Shown: positions 1 through 13,152 of the stretch, piece after piece
Layout: each line of letters opens with the position of its first letter
Numbering within the stretch: position 1 is the first letter of the stretch
DNA from: Salisapilia sapeloensis CBS 127946
Lineage: Eukaryota; Protista; Oomycota
DNA length: 54,021 nt
Reading direction: 5' to 3'
NCBI GenBank assembly: GCA_023334545.1
Contig: JAADVB010000117.1
Location: 1 to 54,021, forward strand
The notes under the pieces: model-generated
What the model saw: only the letters and a program-made list of their open reading frames with translations
The model's database searches: none
What the model was told of the DNA's origin: nothing
Made by a program: the position numbers and the translations under genes

Positions 1-486
1 ATGTGGAATAATAAAATAACTGCCGGACAATTGTGGTAAGGGAGGAGAGCATTTTCGTATCGATAGAGAGTCATTGTTACGGTATCTGCTCTTTTAGTGT
101 ATGCAGAGTTTGTCACCCCATCTACTTCATCTCAGGAAGAGATATTGATGACGTCAATGTGGGCTTAGAGGTTGATCGACGCAGTTTCTTGTTGGTGGAC
201 AAAGTTTGATGTTGATCACTGCGTTTTCCGAGTAGTTCAGTTGGTACAGCAAAATGATTGAATCATATACTGTATATTGCTTAATGCAATGTGGTTAACG
301 AAAGGCTACATGTAATTGAAGGGTTAGAAAGGATATTTATAGGTATGAGGTTGAAACCACTGTACTCAGATCTGGCTGGATGTACCACCTTCCACTTGTG
401 CTTATCCTTGACCAGACCAGGAGTCTGTAAATGATGTTAGAGCGAGACGTTTATGAGCCGCATAAGTACGTCATTTCGATCTTGTA

Positions 487-1922
487 ATGCCACGACGAAG
501 CGAGAGTTTGGATTCTAGCTCGCTAGAGTCTAGTGAGTTAAATTATTCCAGTTCTTCTGTGTCAGATGATGAAGGTTCACGAGAGGATGAAGAGGAAGTA
601 GTCATTGTACAAAAGAAGACATTGCGTGAAAGGCTCCTACAGCAGAGGCAACAATGGCTCAAAGATCGTCGTCATCCCCTTTTAGAAATGAGAGAGCAGG
701 CAAGATATCACGCTATAATGTCAAAGGTTTGGGCTGATGAGGAACGCGTCAAGCAAGAGAATCTCTTACGTAGTCAAGAGCGAGTAGCTAGTAGAGAGCG
801 GAAAGAGAAGCGACAAAAGCAACGGCATGTCAACCGGGAGATGAGATTGGAGTATCAACGCCAAATCCTTGAATCGGATGAACAAGTTCGACAAGCAGTA
901 GCAAGAGACAAGATTTTGACGGAATTTGCACTTGAAGATCGCGTTAGGCAGCAAGAACGAACGAATGCAGACTTTGTAGCAATGCAAACAAAAATGGCCC
1001 ATGAAGAAAAGGATCGAGTATGCACTACCATGATTGCAATTCTTAGGTCTGAAGACTAAAGTATCACGTATCACACGTTTAGATCCAATCTGCTATAGAC
1101 TTGGAAAATTCTCAGAACCTCGCTAAAGAAGAAGCTCTCAGCAATATCATACGTGACACAGAGGAGATCGGAAGGAGATATGGTACTCTTCCTGCATTGC
1201 CTCGATCAACATCTTCAGCAATACAACAAGCAACATCGGACGGAACAACACTGCATCTGAGTCCCGCATTCAAGATACCTCCTTGTACGGCATCCAAACC
1301 ACAGTCAATGTCAGTGAGTATGAGCCCAGGGTACCAACGTATGCTTTCAGCTAATTTGGACGAATGGCCGCATGTAAAAGAGATTCAAGCTCGTGATATA
1401 AATGATTCTGGTGGATGTGAGCTGGCGCATTACTTCAAAAATGGGTGCTGTCAGAAATTGGAGGTACTCTCACTCGGATATGCCCGCCTCAAATCAACTA
1501 GCATCGCTGCTCTGAGTGACAGTTTCAGAGTCGATGGTGCTGGCGGTAGATTGAAAGTACTTGATCTGAGGTACAATTATGTGGACATCAAGTCACTACA
1601 GTTCATCCTTGATGCTATCTCATGCCAGAAATTGCCAGTGCTTGAGAAGCTGTACTTGCAAGGCAATCTATTTGGGGATAAAGGGGCTAAACAGCTTGCT
1701 CATGCAGCTTTAGCTGGTGTCCTAAAAACTTTACAAGTCATAGACATCAGGCACAATCAAATCTGTACGGCAGGAGCGTTAGCATTGTGGCATGCCTTCC
1801 GTCCAGGATGCATCTCCAAACGCTATTGTCCAAACTTGGAGCTATTAGACGTTCGCCGGAATGAGATACCAGCCAAGGTAGTACGAGAGTTTATTCCCTG
1901 TCCAAAGTACATTAGTTTCTAA
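487..1922 (+). CDS. Acidic/coiled-coil N-terminus plus RNI-like (ribonuclease-inhibitor-type) leucine-rich-repeat protein; join(487..1017,1083..1922)
   Basis: ORFs 487..1059 and 1101..1922 join in frame through a 65-nt GTATGC...TTTAG intron (1018..1082, phase 0). The C-terminal half has RNI-type repeats (LKVLDLRYNYVD, LEKLYLQGNLFGDKGAKQLA, LQVIDIRHNQI, LELLDVRRNEI). The 5' end is uncertain because an upstream ATG near 431 with a GTACGT donor could supply another first exon. Confidence 0.75.
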
Positions 1923-1980
1923 TATGATGAACGTTGGTTTCAGATGACATAAGTGTAATAAACGATTTGATTAAACAAAG

Positions 1981-2853
1981 CTATTCCGCTTCACTTTCAT
2001 TCTGGATACTGTAGCTGACCAGCGTGAGGACCAATGCGAGGGCAAGTGCCAAAAATGGTGTCCATCCAAACATATTTATCAACGCAGGTAACAGCGGTTG
2101 ATGGTTGTTCTCTGGGACTTTTGCTCCGCGAGACACGGGCTCCTCTTTTTCCGTTTTCTGAAGCAGTTTTCCCGACCACAGTGCTTTATCCTTCTGTCTT
2201 TGTAGGCGCTCCTTTTCTTTCAATTCTCCAATTGACTAGACAAGTTGCTTAAGTAAAATCCGTAGCATTGGTATCACTTTTGGTAGGCATATACTTTGCG
2301 AACGCAACGATCTTGCGGAGATATTTTGGCACACCGGAACAAGTAACTCCTTGCTTTCTCCAAATCGTTTTGGAGCAAATTTGCTCGGCCAGCGTACCAT
2401 AACGACTTTGAGTCTTCCGAATTAATTTGGAGTGCAGCTTCACTGTGCTCCAAGGCTTTCGTCGCGTCCGACTGAAGGTAGCACAAGCTGAGATTACGAT
2501 GAGCTGGTAAGCGTATATGATTAACGATAATTCGATGTTTGTCAAGAAACTCAAAGTGATAAACTGCTTCATCGAAATCGACGTGGAAGAGCGCCCGTTT
2601 TAAATACATGATCGCGTTCTCCACATCTTCGTTATTATAGCTCGTAAGTCCCTCTGACATGCAATGACCAGCACGACGAACGCACGTCTCAAAGATAGAG
2701 GAGCGTTCCTAATTTAAAGACACGATAAACAGATGAGGAGGTCTAATGTAAATGTGTTAATAAGTTGGCTAGATTTACTCCGTGAAGAATTACGTCTTCG
2801 GATTCTCCTTCATACGCGTGGGTGGATTCGCCATTTTCATCATTTGTGTCCAT
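1981..2853 (-). CDS. TPR-repeat protein with C-terminal tail-anchor helix; complement(join(1981..2235,2295..2708,2779..2853))
   Basis: Two phase-0 GT-AG introns join MDTNDENGES... to a TPR-like block (RNLSLCYLQ...ALEHSEAALQINSEDSKSLWYAGRANLLQNDLEKARSYL), then ELKEKERLQRQKDKALW and a hydrophobic tail (WTPFLALALALVLTLVSYSI). It resembles the TPR-plus-tail part of FKBP8/FKBP42-type proteins, but no PPIase domain is visible. Confidence 0.75.
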
Positions 2854-3206
2854 TGCTGCGTTTTGTGTTGGAGAATAGGTTGTTTGGATAAACCTAACGC
2901 TCATTTCTAACTGTCATTCTCTGGAAACTTGGGATATCAGGTAGATCGATACCCTGAGACTCATCGACTTGCATAATAAATAGAAAATTCTGTGAAGAGG
3001 GCATGGATCAAATAATTTTAACTCACTATTTCCTTTTGGTTTACTCACAACTAACCTCTACTCTTGTAGACGCATGTCTGAGTTCTCTGCTTGGCGTTTC
3101 CTTCTCACTAGTGTCCATGATCTGGCGCTAGCTCAGTCTCATTTCGAGAAGTGCTACTAGAAATACTGTGACTCATGATGTAAATCTTCATTTTGAGTAT
3201 ATTGAA

Positions 3207-4979
3207 CTACATAATTCCTGAGCAAGCTGCTAGTAACTGCAAGACTAGCAGCACGAAGATAACGACAAGTACTTTGCGTATAACTCCATTCACTCGGCCA
3301 TACGCTTTCAAGTTCTCCATGTCAAGCTTTTGATGAGGTAAGAGTACCCACACGGGTACAAAAGCTATTAAATGTGCTGCCGCAACCACTAGTACGAGCA
3401 TCAATACTACTGTGTTCGAGTTGTTGCTTCCGAGACTTTCGAGGATGGATATGCGTGATATCGTGAGTGTTGTAGACTTGACAACAGATACAAAGGATAG
3501 GAAGAGGCCAGACATGGTGCCTTCTCCTCCTGGACAGAGTACCTCAATAAGAGGTAGGAAGAGGATAAGTTCCGCTACTGCTGCTACGAATCCTCGTAGA
3601 CCATCGAGGATGATGAATAAAAAAGGCAATCCTTGTAGCCAACCCATGGAAATTGGTACTTGAATAACGATCTTGATAACAGCGTTCATGGTGGCAGCAA
3701 CGATGCCAAGTCTGTTCCAGCTGCCGTTCATTAGGTACATAAGCCATAACACGAACATGACGAGAAGGAGGAGCCGCCAGATAATTGCTCCGCAGTAGAG
3801 CTGAGCGATAAGAGTGATGTTAACAAGACGAGACACGGCCGTGTCAACGTCTTGGAGGTGAAAACTCATGCAAAAGTTCCAACAGACGACAACGGTGAGT
3901 ACTCGTGTTACGACTTCATAGGATAACGCGTACCATACCTTCTTTACTGGCTCGAATATAGTGGATCGAGAAGGCTGTACGAATGGTTGCGTACTCGAAC
4001 TGAGTATGACGAATAGGATCGTTACCAGAGATATGGCGGCCATGATGATAAGAGGGATGTTCATCGAGAGTTTGCTTTGGTAATCATGAGCGTCCGGAAT
4101 CATACTTTCGTTCCTACTTACCATAGCATTACCTTCTTTTGTAACTGAATAAGAGAAGGTGATGGCAACCACTTGAAAAAGCTTTTCCAGCATCAGAAAC
4201 TTGATAAGCAAAGACCCTCGACGGCAAAGCGGTTCCAACTGACTGATTTCCATTATAAAAGCAATTGAGACGACACGAATGCCAACTAGCGCCATATCTA
4301 GACTCAATGCAATGATCATGTATACGGAAGATAAGCGAGAGCCGTAGTCGACATCCATCTTGTCATCAAACATTGTAGTTAGCATGAACAAAATCATCGA
4401 TAAAAGGTACGCCCAGATCCAACATCCGGCTAATCCTATCTTGCGTTGATTAGCTTGCCGCGGTATTATGTCTGATAACATGCCTAGAAAGAGAGAGCAG
4501 CTCTCACTGGCATGAAGAAATTGTGACGTGTTATGTGTGTCCAAGAAAGCGTTTTGTGAAGTGCTGATGATCGTTGGTAAGACGCAGCTAGCAAGAAGCT
4601 GACGGATGAATGCAGATGCAACTATAGATAAGACAACTCCAGCATTCGCAAGGGAAAACAGCGTGGATGTTGAGGCTACATCGGACGCATTTCTTCCTTG
4701 TGAGTTAAATATACTTGAGGAGGCAACTGGTCGTAAGTCAAGTGCTTCGGTCGATATGGATGAGGTCGACTCCATAATTACCACATCCGCTATTTCCTGT
4801 GAACTCTTCTTTTCTTCTCGAGAAGAATGTAATTGTTCAAAAGCAGCGATACGATTCGTACTAGTCATATCCCCCATACTAAGAGATGACTTCAGGTCAC
4901 CATTCATGAAGAAGTCGGGAAGCGACGCTAGTCCAACGTGCTCTTGTTTCGTTGGCCGAGCCTTTCTCTCGCTTCCCAT
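3207..4979 (-). CDS. Multi-pass membrane protein, MFS-like (oomycete folate-biopterin-transporter-like family), single exon, 590 aa
   Basis: Uninterrupted ORF with a hydrophilic N-terminus followed by about 12 hydrophobic segments. The family assignment rests on overall architecture only. Confidence 0.65.
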   Translation of the reverse strand: MGSERKARPTKQEHVGLASLPDFFMNGDLKSSLSMGDMTSTNRIAAFEQLHSSREEKKSSQEIADVVIMESTSSISTEALDLRPVASSSIFNSQGRNASDVASTSTLFSLANAGVVLSIVASAFIRQLLASCVLPTIISTSQNAFLDTHNTSQFLHASESCSLFLGMLSDIIPRQANQRKIGLAGCWIWAYLLSMILFMLTTMFDDKMDVDYGSRLSSVYMIIALSLDMALVGIRVVSIAFIMEISQLEPLCRRGSLLIKFLMLEKLFQVVAITFSYSVTKEGNAMVSRNESMIPDAHDYQSKLSMNIPLIIMAAISLVTILFVILSSSTQPFVQPSRSTIFEPVKKVWYALSYEVVTRVLTVVVCWNFCMSFHLQDVDTAVSRLVNITLIAQLYCGAIIWRLLLLVMFVLWLMYLMNGSWNRLGIVAATMNAVIKIVIQVPISMGWLQGLPFLFIILDGLRGFVAAVAELILFLPLIEVLCPGGEGTMSGLFLSFVSVVKSTTLTISRISILESLGSNNSNTVVLMLVLVVAAAHLIAFVPVWVLLPHQKLDMENLKAYGRVNGVIRKVLVVIFVLLVLQLLAACSGIM

Positions 4980-6847
4980 GCTCTATAATTTGTACTGGCA
5001 ACGATACAGGTGATCAGGAAGTGAACTAGACGTGACTGATGCACAGAGCTAGAGAAGCACCTATGAAGTCATCTACGGTTGGGTATCTGGATATTCTCTA
5101 GAAGCTAAAAAGCATTCGATATTCTTGTCTGCATTTACTCCTTTCGATAAGAACCCGGTAAAGTTTTTATAAGTGTTCTATACGAAAGCTTAAGTAGGCA
5201 CCTGCACCTATGCGCATTTTCATGTAAACCAGATAGATTTCTCTGCGTACAACATGTCTTAATGTTTAAATATGAATTTAAAATGCAATGTACTTTAAAA
5301 AGTAGGACGGTTTCGACAAGGTAAGCTCATTTTAAGTAAGATAGGAAGCGTGCATATCGGAAGGCACCATAGTCGTATGAAGGAAGTAAACGTACGATAA
5401 TCGATATTTTTTGGGAACCAGCGTCTGCAGCAAAGTACGATGTTTCAACTAACTTTTGTTCAGCTGGTAAGACGTCTAAGGTATAGTCGCAATCACCTCG
5501 AAGCTTTGCATTCGAAAAAGAAATTGTAGAGTCTAGTCCAGGATCTGCTCGCATAATAATAATACGACGTGGAGCTGCTTCATCTCAATTTGACCTTTCG
5601 CATCGCTACTAGGAATATCTCGGCGTTCATTTTAATTATAATGGTACAACGTATGTGAGCCAAAGTTGGAACCCAAGTTAATACTTGAAGCATGCATGAC
5701 AGCACGCACCCAGTTAAACGTTTAACAATTTGCAAATTAAGCCATCGTAAATGAGGACTTTCACGATTTGCCCTTGCATGATCCATAGTAGGCCTATTCA
5801 ACCCAAAACGCCTTTACCACTCTGAGGTGTCTAGAGAGCACCGCAATGAGTGATACCTCGGGACGTAGAAAATGGCTAACTTCTATTAATCCCATCGCAA
5901 ACGTCAGGCCGTGTTCGCGCTAAATACCGATTTGGCATAATTGGGGATTCACCTTATATAGCTCTATAAACGATAATCGAATCCGGAAATTCTGCCTTCG
6001 TTCAGAATAGCCGATTTTGCTTTGCTATTTGCCACTGGAAAGCTTACGTATCACTTCAATGTATCTTTTCCGCCAAGCTAGGAGCACAACAGCAAGTGGC
6101 CGGTGCTAGCAATGGAGATGACACTTTATGTTATTAATACATATCGGCCCTCGTGTTCTATCCTATGTTAAAATTGAGATTCCCGTTGCCATGCTCGCTG
6201 TAGCATGAGTAGTGTGGAATTTGCAACACATAAATGACGTTTTCGGCGCAAATTAGGCCTAAATCGATATACCCTTTGACATAATCTACCTTTCCGTCGG
6301 TTAATAAAGAGCGATTATCGAGGCATAATACCGATGAAGATTTTATCGTTTTTGTTTAATTAACGCCTATTCTTCCCCGCATATTCCCCGATTATCTTCT
6401 CAACGAACATGGCTTCAATCTTCAACTTTTTTTAACCATCTCCAAGTTACCGGTAACTGAGTTGATCGTACTGCAAAATGTCGCCTGATAGGCAGATTGA
6501 AACCAAGTATCGCTCAAGTACAGAGCGTAACGATTCGCTTTCTAGGTGCCATGCTTCTTTCTCCGTGTAAAGCTTTGCGTACGAGAGCGTATTCCATGAA
6601 GCGATAGATCGAAAGCATATGTATGAAGTATCCCAACCTCAACTAGGACACGCTTGATCGCCTTCATGCTCATGCAAAGCATCACCTGCGTACAGACTGC
6701 TAACGTAGCTCAGTCGATCAACAAGTACCTCCATCACACGACGGCAGCCAACCAAAGAACCGTATTCAATTGAAACCCATTGTTTTTGCTTGTTTCTTAT
6801 CCCTCCGTCATGTTCACTCAAAGAATAAAAGAACCCTCGCGTCGTGC

Positions 6848-9804
6848 TTACTGGAAGAGGGCGTCGGGGTAATAGCCAGGCGGACACAAGTCTTCGTCGT
6901 CCAGGTACTTGAGCGGGAAGTAGACGGCGTGGCCCATGATCTTCTCCAGCTCGTCCTTGGACTCGAGGATCTCTTCGTCCGAACGCAGGTAGCCCATCAT
7001 ACTGTTGTTCTGGTCCTCCATCTTCTTCGTCTTCTCCTCTCGCTCGTCCTCACTGTGCTGACGCTGCGACTTCTGGCGCTGGGGCGACTTGACGCCGCCA
7101 AGCTGGTCACTTTCCGCCAGACGGCTGGCAAAGCCGCCCTCCTGGCCGCCCGGTCCGAGCGTGTCGGGCACTGTGGCCTTGTTCTCTGAGTCGGTGTGCT
7201 CCGCGCCGAGCTGCTCAAAGCTGCGGACGCTGTCCGTAGGCTGGCACGTGAACACATTCTCGTACACCCACGTGTTGCGCATGGCGTGATCCTGGAGCGT
7301 CAACCAGCACTCGAGGTTGACCGGATCCGTGTACATCTCGTAGCGTTCCGTACCAGGCTCAATGCCAAAGTGCTCCGCGAAGAGACGCATGCGGAACGAG
7401 TGGCCGAACTTGCCAACCTGGCCCTCTCCGTCGGCGATCGAAGCGTCGGCCATCTCGTGGTCGTCAATAACAACAGCAATCTCCGAGTCACGGTCTCCGT
7501 TCTGCGAACGCTCGTTGATGTTGGCAGAACCAACGATGACGTGCTGGTCGTCAACGATCATCGTCTTGTTGTGGATGTAGATTTCCTCTGTCTCCGGCTT
7601 GCCGTGGCGAATATCGTACTTGCGCAGACCGTAGAAGGCAATGTACTTGAACGGGTCGTCCTCGAGCTCTTGGAAGAGCCGAGAGTAGATGGAGCCTTCG
7701 CCGCGGCAGATCGTACGGTACTGCCAGTACATGACACCTCGGAGACTGAAAGCGCCCTTTTCACCAGGCATGCCTTCAAAGCCAGGCATCAAAGGCATCA
7801 TGACCATCACACGGAACTGCTCGTCGTTCGCAGCGGCGCGCTTGATACGCTCCACGATGGCCTCCGCAATTCGGTTCTGCGTGCCGTCGTCGCCTTCCAG
7901 TCCAGAGATGAAGAACTGGTTCTCAATGTACACAAAGTGCTTAGCTTCGCTAATGAGACGAATGTAAGCGTTCTGGATGCTCTGCTCCGTCGGCGTACCG
8001 GCACTCCACCACGTGCACGAACGGTGGATCTGCGTCTGGCACGGAACACCGCGTGCAACGGCCATAGAATCGTCGTCCATGCTGTAGCCTTCCGTCTCGA
8101 CATCCACGTCTTCCAACTCGACGCCTTCTTCTTCGTGCAGACGCTTGAGAGTCGTGTAATCGGTGCGCGGGATGAGGTGGTACTGGTCCTCCTTGAGCTC
8201 GCGCGTGGACACGGCGTAGTTCCAGCGCTGGACAAAGTGCCGAGCTACATCACGCGCAGGTTGTCCCTCCACACGGGAGTGGCAGTCATGCCATGGCATG
8301 CGGGGGCATGTGTCACGGTCCATCAGGTCCTTGTTCGGTTGGTTGACCTCGACAAAGTCCTTGATACGAGGGTTGGAAAAGTCCTTGCCAGGGAACATGG
8401 AGTCTTCACCTTCCTCATCGTACAGCTGGTGGTCTCCAGTGTCCCAACGGCCAAAGCAAATGTCCAGACCTCCGACGAAGGCCACCTTTTGGTCACACAC
8501 AACGATCTTCTCGTGATGCGAGTACATGCCGAGCTGCTCCAAGATAAAGTCTGGGTCACGCAGGACATGCATGTTCTTATGCAGACGCGACAGAACGTTC
8601 TTAGAGAACTCCGAGTTGAGCGTCAACGCCATGTCGACCTCCTTGTACATGAGCACGTAGACCTGGACACCTTCAGCAGCCTTGTTCTGGAGCAATTGAT
8701 CCAGACGCGACTCGGGGTACTTGTGGAATGGACGCTTAAGGTAGATTGTGGGGCAGACCCACCATCCGGCGATGAACACTTGGTCTTTGGCCTTCGAGAT
8801 CTCGTCGAACATGGCCTCGTAGGTGCCCGAGCCGTCGACGAACCAGCGAGCGTATGAAGGTACATCAGTTGGGGTACGCGTAATTGCAAAGGAGTCGTCC
8901 GTGTGGTCGAGAGTCCACTCGGACTTGTTCGCCGCCTCAATGATGGCATTGTTCCACTTCGCAATGGATTGCTTGGTCTTGGCCTCCATTTCGACAATGA
9001 ACGAAGTGTTCGAGAGCGAGAGAGCAGCGCGGTAGCCCATGGTGGACGAATCCGAATGGATGTTGAACGACTTATCGAAGAGGAAGACGTCCAACGGATG
9101 CTTGTCCGTGATGTTCTCGTAGATAACAATGCACGAATGGTGCAGGACGACCCAGCATTGCTTGGCGCTGGAGCCGGTGAACGTCGAGGTGAACTTGTTC
9201 CACAAGCTCTTCGCCTGCAGCTCTTCATTCTCATTCTCCTTGAGTCGCATCGACACCTTGAGGAATCCTTCACGAATGGAGGTGACGCCATCTTCCTTGT
9301 GGAAGGTCTTGTGACTCACTTGGAACAAGGCTGCCACGAAAGCCGTGTTCAAGACCTCGGGGGTGGCCGCCACCTTCCTCAAGTACTCTTGCACAAGCTC
9401 CTTGCTCTCGTCCGAAGTCGCATCATCCGCCTTGGACGCGAAAAGCTCGCTGAGCGAGGGGAAGTCTTCCTCCGATTCATCGTGGAAGGTCTTGTAGTTC
9501 CGCTTGACGAACGACCAGAGTGACTCGATGGACGAGCGCGGGATCTCGACCTTGCGCGTGAAGCCCTGGTACTCGATCTAGAGACAAACGTACATTAGAC
9601 AAGATTGTGGATACGGCAGAGGCAAGGTTCAACCTCGACGGCGTACTCGACGTGCTTGCGCGTCCAGCCTTCATCGATGCGTGCGTCGGTGACACGAATG
9701 TCCGGGGTCTCGTTGAAGACGCGGAGCTCTCCTTCTTCGGCAGCGAAGTCGTGCGCGCCCTGCTCCTCTTCAGGTTCTTGGTCTTCGGGACGGGGATCTG
9801 ACAT
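6848..9804 (-). CDS. PLD: Phospholipase D, PX-PH-PLD type; complement(join(6848..9577,9634..9804)), about 966 aa
   Basis: Two HxKxxxxD motifs (SHHEKIVVCD, YIHNKTMIVD), RMPWHD, YIENQFF and GSANINERSQNGDRDSE are present, with PX-like and PH-like N-terminal regions. A 56-nt phase-0 intron links MSDPRPEDQE...VEYAVE to IEYQGFTRK, which is in frame with ORF 6848..9394. Confidence 0.95.
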
Positions 9805-11088
9805 CTTGGATGAAAATCTTGGAATGAGCCCAGGAAAAATCAGCAAAGATATGGGTGGGCAGGAGCATACAAACAGTAAGTACAGAGAGTCAATTTATTA
9901 CGTGTGTTTGAAGAGTGTCGTATACGAAGTGTTTTCTGGACATGCACCAGAGACGATGGTACGGTGGTGGTACGACGCGCCCTCCAGGGCTACAGGTTGC
10001 TGTCTGTGGATGGTTGTGGTAGTGGAGGATTCGTTGGAAGGAGGACATTGACGGCAGCTTTTGGCTGTGTGCTTGAGATGGAGAGAAGCATTATAAGCGA
10101 TTGAATATCAGTAGGCGAGTTTGACATCTTATAACTGATTTTCGGTTATGATCGTCAGGATTCAAAAGTATCTTCTACATCCTTGTCAGCTCTATGCTAC
10201 AATTTTTGAAGTGCAATGTACCAAATGACATTTGATTGTACTTTGCTACTGATGTGGACTTCTATGGTCTCGTTGATCCTACATTTTAATTTAGATTAGA
10301 CAAGTCACTGTCGGACTGCAAATGGTCGCTCCGAACCGATTGTATCCGGGAAGGACACTTTGAGACCAATCGAAGTAATGTTGTCACGCTTATTAATGAA
10401 TTTCAAGAAACGATGCAGCTACTGTAGTTTGCGTAACAGACGACACACTGGAGAAGTAGTTGATGCACGAATGTTTCCTCAAAACCAATACGATATGACG
10501 TCGTATCAAGTGAGGGAAATACGAGAGTCATCATTGCTTGCTTGCTTTTGTCGAATGATGCAACTTTCCACACTGAGGCAGCCTGGGTATTAAATAGATC
10601 TTTAATAATGTAAATGTTGACAGAGAATGTACATACGAGCTAGCTATGCTCTCTTCCTCCCCTTCATGCGTCTAAGAGACAAGGATTATTAAAGTTGTGG
10701 TCTTAACATCTTGCCTTTTCGTCGGTAGCTTTGTATAGCATCGATTTACCGTCTCAATTACAATTCTTCAAATGGATTTCTAATACGGTTAGCTGAAACG
10801 TGATGACACTTTCTATTCTTTGTCCAAGACTGTCGTGTTAGCTTTGCATCTTCATCTAATCCGCCTAATTCTATGCTAAGCGAGTGCATTGTTGCAGTGT
10901 CCGAGGTGTATGAAATAGCTTTAATATCTAGAGTTGACGTTAAACTTATGAGAATGTAGCTTAAACAATGCCAACGTAACAAATGCAAAAGTAGGTTAGT
11001 GATGTCGGGACCGAAAAAGTTGTATTGAATGCTAGTGCCGTGTTCGGTTGACAGTTTTCCATCCATGTGAGTTATGCACTTTGCTTTC

Positions 11089-13152
11089 TCAACAGTAGGC
11101 TTTGGCAAGCCGGCTATCCGATTTACCAGAAGAAACGTCGTCCCCAAGATACAGAGCTTTATCCCAGCCTGCTTCCAGAACATTCATCCCCCATGGGTCG
11201 ATTCTAGTATCCACAAACAAATTAATACGATATAATCTATAAACCTAGTGAGTCGAAGCACCACTAAAACATACATTGCGCTGTCCTCGCTCTTCGTGTT
11301 CATGGGTACGTAAACCTTATCGCTGTTAAGATAGTTGCCGTCGACATTGCTATTCCAAGTAAATATATTCCAATTAGTATATGCGTGGAGCATTGCAATC
11401 GACTAGCTTCTTTCATACAGATACTCTAGGCACAGCGTCTCCGGATAGGTCCAGCGAAGATACATTTTGATTTGTTTACCATCCTCATCCTTGTCGAGAT
11501 TAAAGGACAAATCCCTACGCAAAGGATGTCAAATTGTTCTAGGGTTACGAGAAGGCACGCAAGACTTACAAATACTTTAGCCTCGGCAGCTTAATCTTGT
11601 AATGTGACGAAAACGACAAGAACCCATCCCTCGCTTTACGTCTCGGTTTCGGCTGAAATCTGTTTTTAACGAGCTTGTTGTGCTTGAGATACCTACAGCG
11701 TACAAAGTGTTCACGTGGAGCACCATTTATAAGCACAAGATCTTCCTTATATTATTTAACACGATGTCATACATTTTTTCGATCACTGGAACCCACGCGC
11801 CAACAAAAGTTAAACGATTGTGCTCCATATACCTACATCCGATGTATCCGATTTTAGAATAAAAATAGATTGTCAGCCGAGGTATACGTACACTTCCCTC
11901 AGGTTTAACCAAGAGCCATCCCACGAGTCTAATGCCGCGTGATCTGCGAAACTGTCGTACGTTCAGGATGCGAGTTTCTTAGATTGGAAATTCAATTGTT
12001 ACCACGTACAGTATTGTAACCGAGCCGAGCACATGAGCTTGTGGATTATCAATCTTTTCGATGATGTTATAGCTTAAATCGCTATTGAAGCCATTCAGTC
12101 TCATGCTTCAATAAATGCAGATCAGTACATACACAGTTTCGAGGCTTGAACACTTTCCTCCGTGCAAACTGTCCTTGGTCAACTTATTTCTCGAAAGATC
12201 CCTGTCATCGACATTTATAAACTCTAAAAAGCTAAAAGTCTTGCAGAATGTGTCTTACAAATGCGCAAGTTTTGTCTCGGCGCAATCAAAATCTGTGAGC
12301 TGATTATCTCGAAGACTCCTATTTTGTGCGTAGTGAATTAGCTATACGGCAATAGGGCTTACTGCATGTGTCTTACGCTGTCCTGGCCTTAGGTATCTTT
12401 GCTTCGAACGTATGAAGTTTGTTCTCTGCCAAGTCCCTGCGTTGGTACAAACTGTAAGTTAATGCCGTAAATCGACAGTAATAAAAGACTTACAATTGTC
12501 GTAGTTGTTCCCAATTGCCAGTGATACTGCCCAATGAAGACGTATTGACTTGGCTAGAGTTTGTGTTTGCAATATTAATATTCGACCATCAAGATTGTAG
12601 TGTCAGTAGAAATACATACAGTTTTCGAATATTCGGAAAGTTTGCTCCATCAAGGCTCTCGATCGACGTACTGGCCATGTATCTAGTGACATCCGCTCTA
12701 TAGTAAGTATCTTGCTTCACACAACTCAAGATCATATCAGACGTACAGCTCTTCCAGCTTTGGAAACTTTCCAGACATCTCTTGAAGTGGGACATTCTTA
12801 AGAACACTGCATTCGCTCAATCAGTCAAGCTTTAGTCCCTGATAAATAATGAAAGTCGCTGTACAGAGTTTTTATGTGCTGAAATTGGGCTCCATCAAGC
12901 TTTTTCATTTTGTTTCCACTCAAGTCGCTACGATCAGAAATTAGTAGAGTATTCATTAGCAAAATGTTTATTCACCTACATTTTTTCCAAGTCGTAAGGA
13001 AAAGATATAGCGGACAACATTTTATCATCAAGCTCCTTATGGGCAAACTCATCATACGAATAGTCGTAGGCTTCTGGTGCCAAAGCTTGCCACATAGCGA
13101 CAATGAGGAAGAGCAGCATGGCTTGCACACTCCGGCGCTTCATCCAAATCAT
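11089..13152 (-). CDS. LRR gene A: predicted secreted LRR protein, 15 exons, about 402 aa if it ends at TGA 11089-11091
   Basis: Manually spliced exons: 12980..13152, 12865..12927, 12747..12806, 12620..12682, 12494..12553, 12377..12436, 12259..12318, 12133..12201, 12010..12081, 11892..11951, 11773..11832, 11570..11692, 11419..11514, 11275..11349, 11089..11203. All 14 introns are GT-AG and phase 2, and the spliced frame stays open. It has a signal-peptide-like start (MIWMKRRSVQAMLLFLIVAMWQALA) and repeats such as DLSGNKMKKL, DLAENKLHTF, SLRDNQLTDF, DLSRNKLT and DLSYNII. The true 3' end is uncertain. Confidence 0.85.

Noticed and set aside
122-480. Short minus-strand open segment (AVPTELLGKRSDQH...) at the window start
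   Set aside because: No convincing start or splice context, and under 50 codons.
6445-6458. Perfect 14-bp palindrome AGTTACCGGTAACT
   Set aside because: About three such palindromes are expected by chance in 54 kb, and there is no supporting context.
7196-8857. 553-aa plus-strand ORF and other long overlapping ORFs
   Set aside because: Antisense shadows of the GC3-rich PLD gene, with no recognisable motifs.
10758-11183. 141-aa ORF as an independent gene
   Set aside because: It overlaps the last exon of LRR gene A in another frame. At most it contains an alternative terminal exon, which is unproven.
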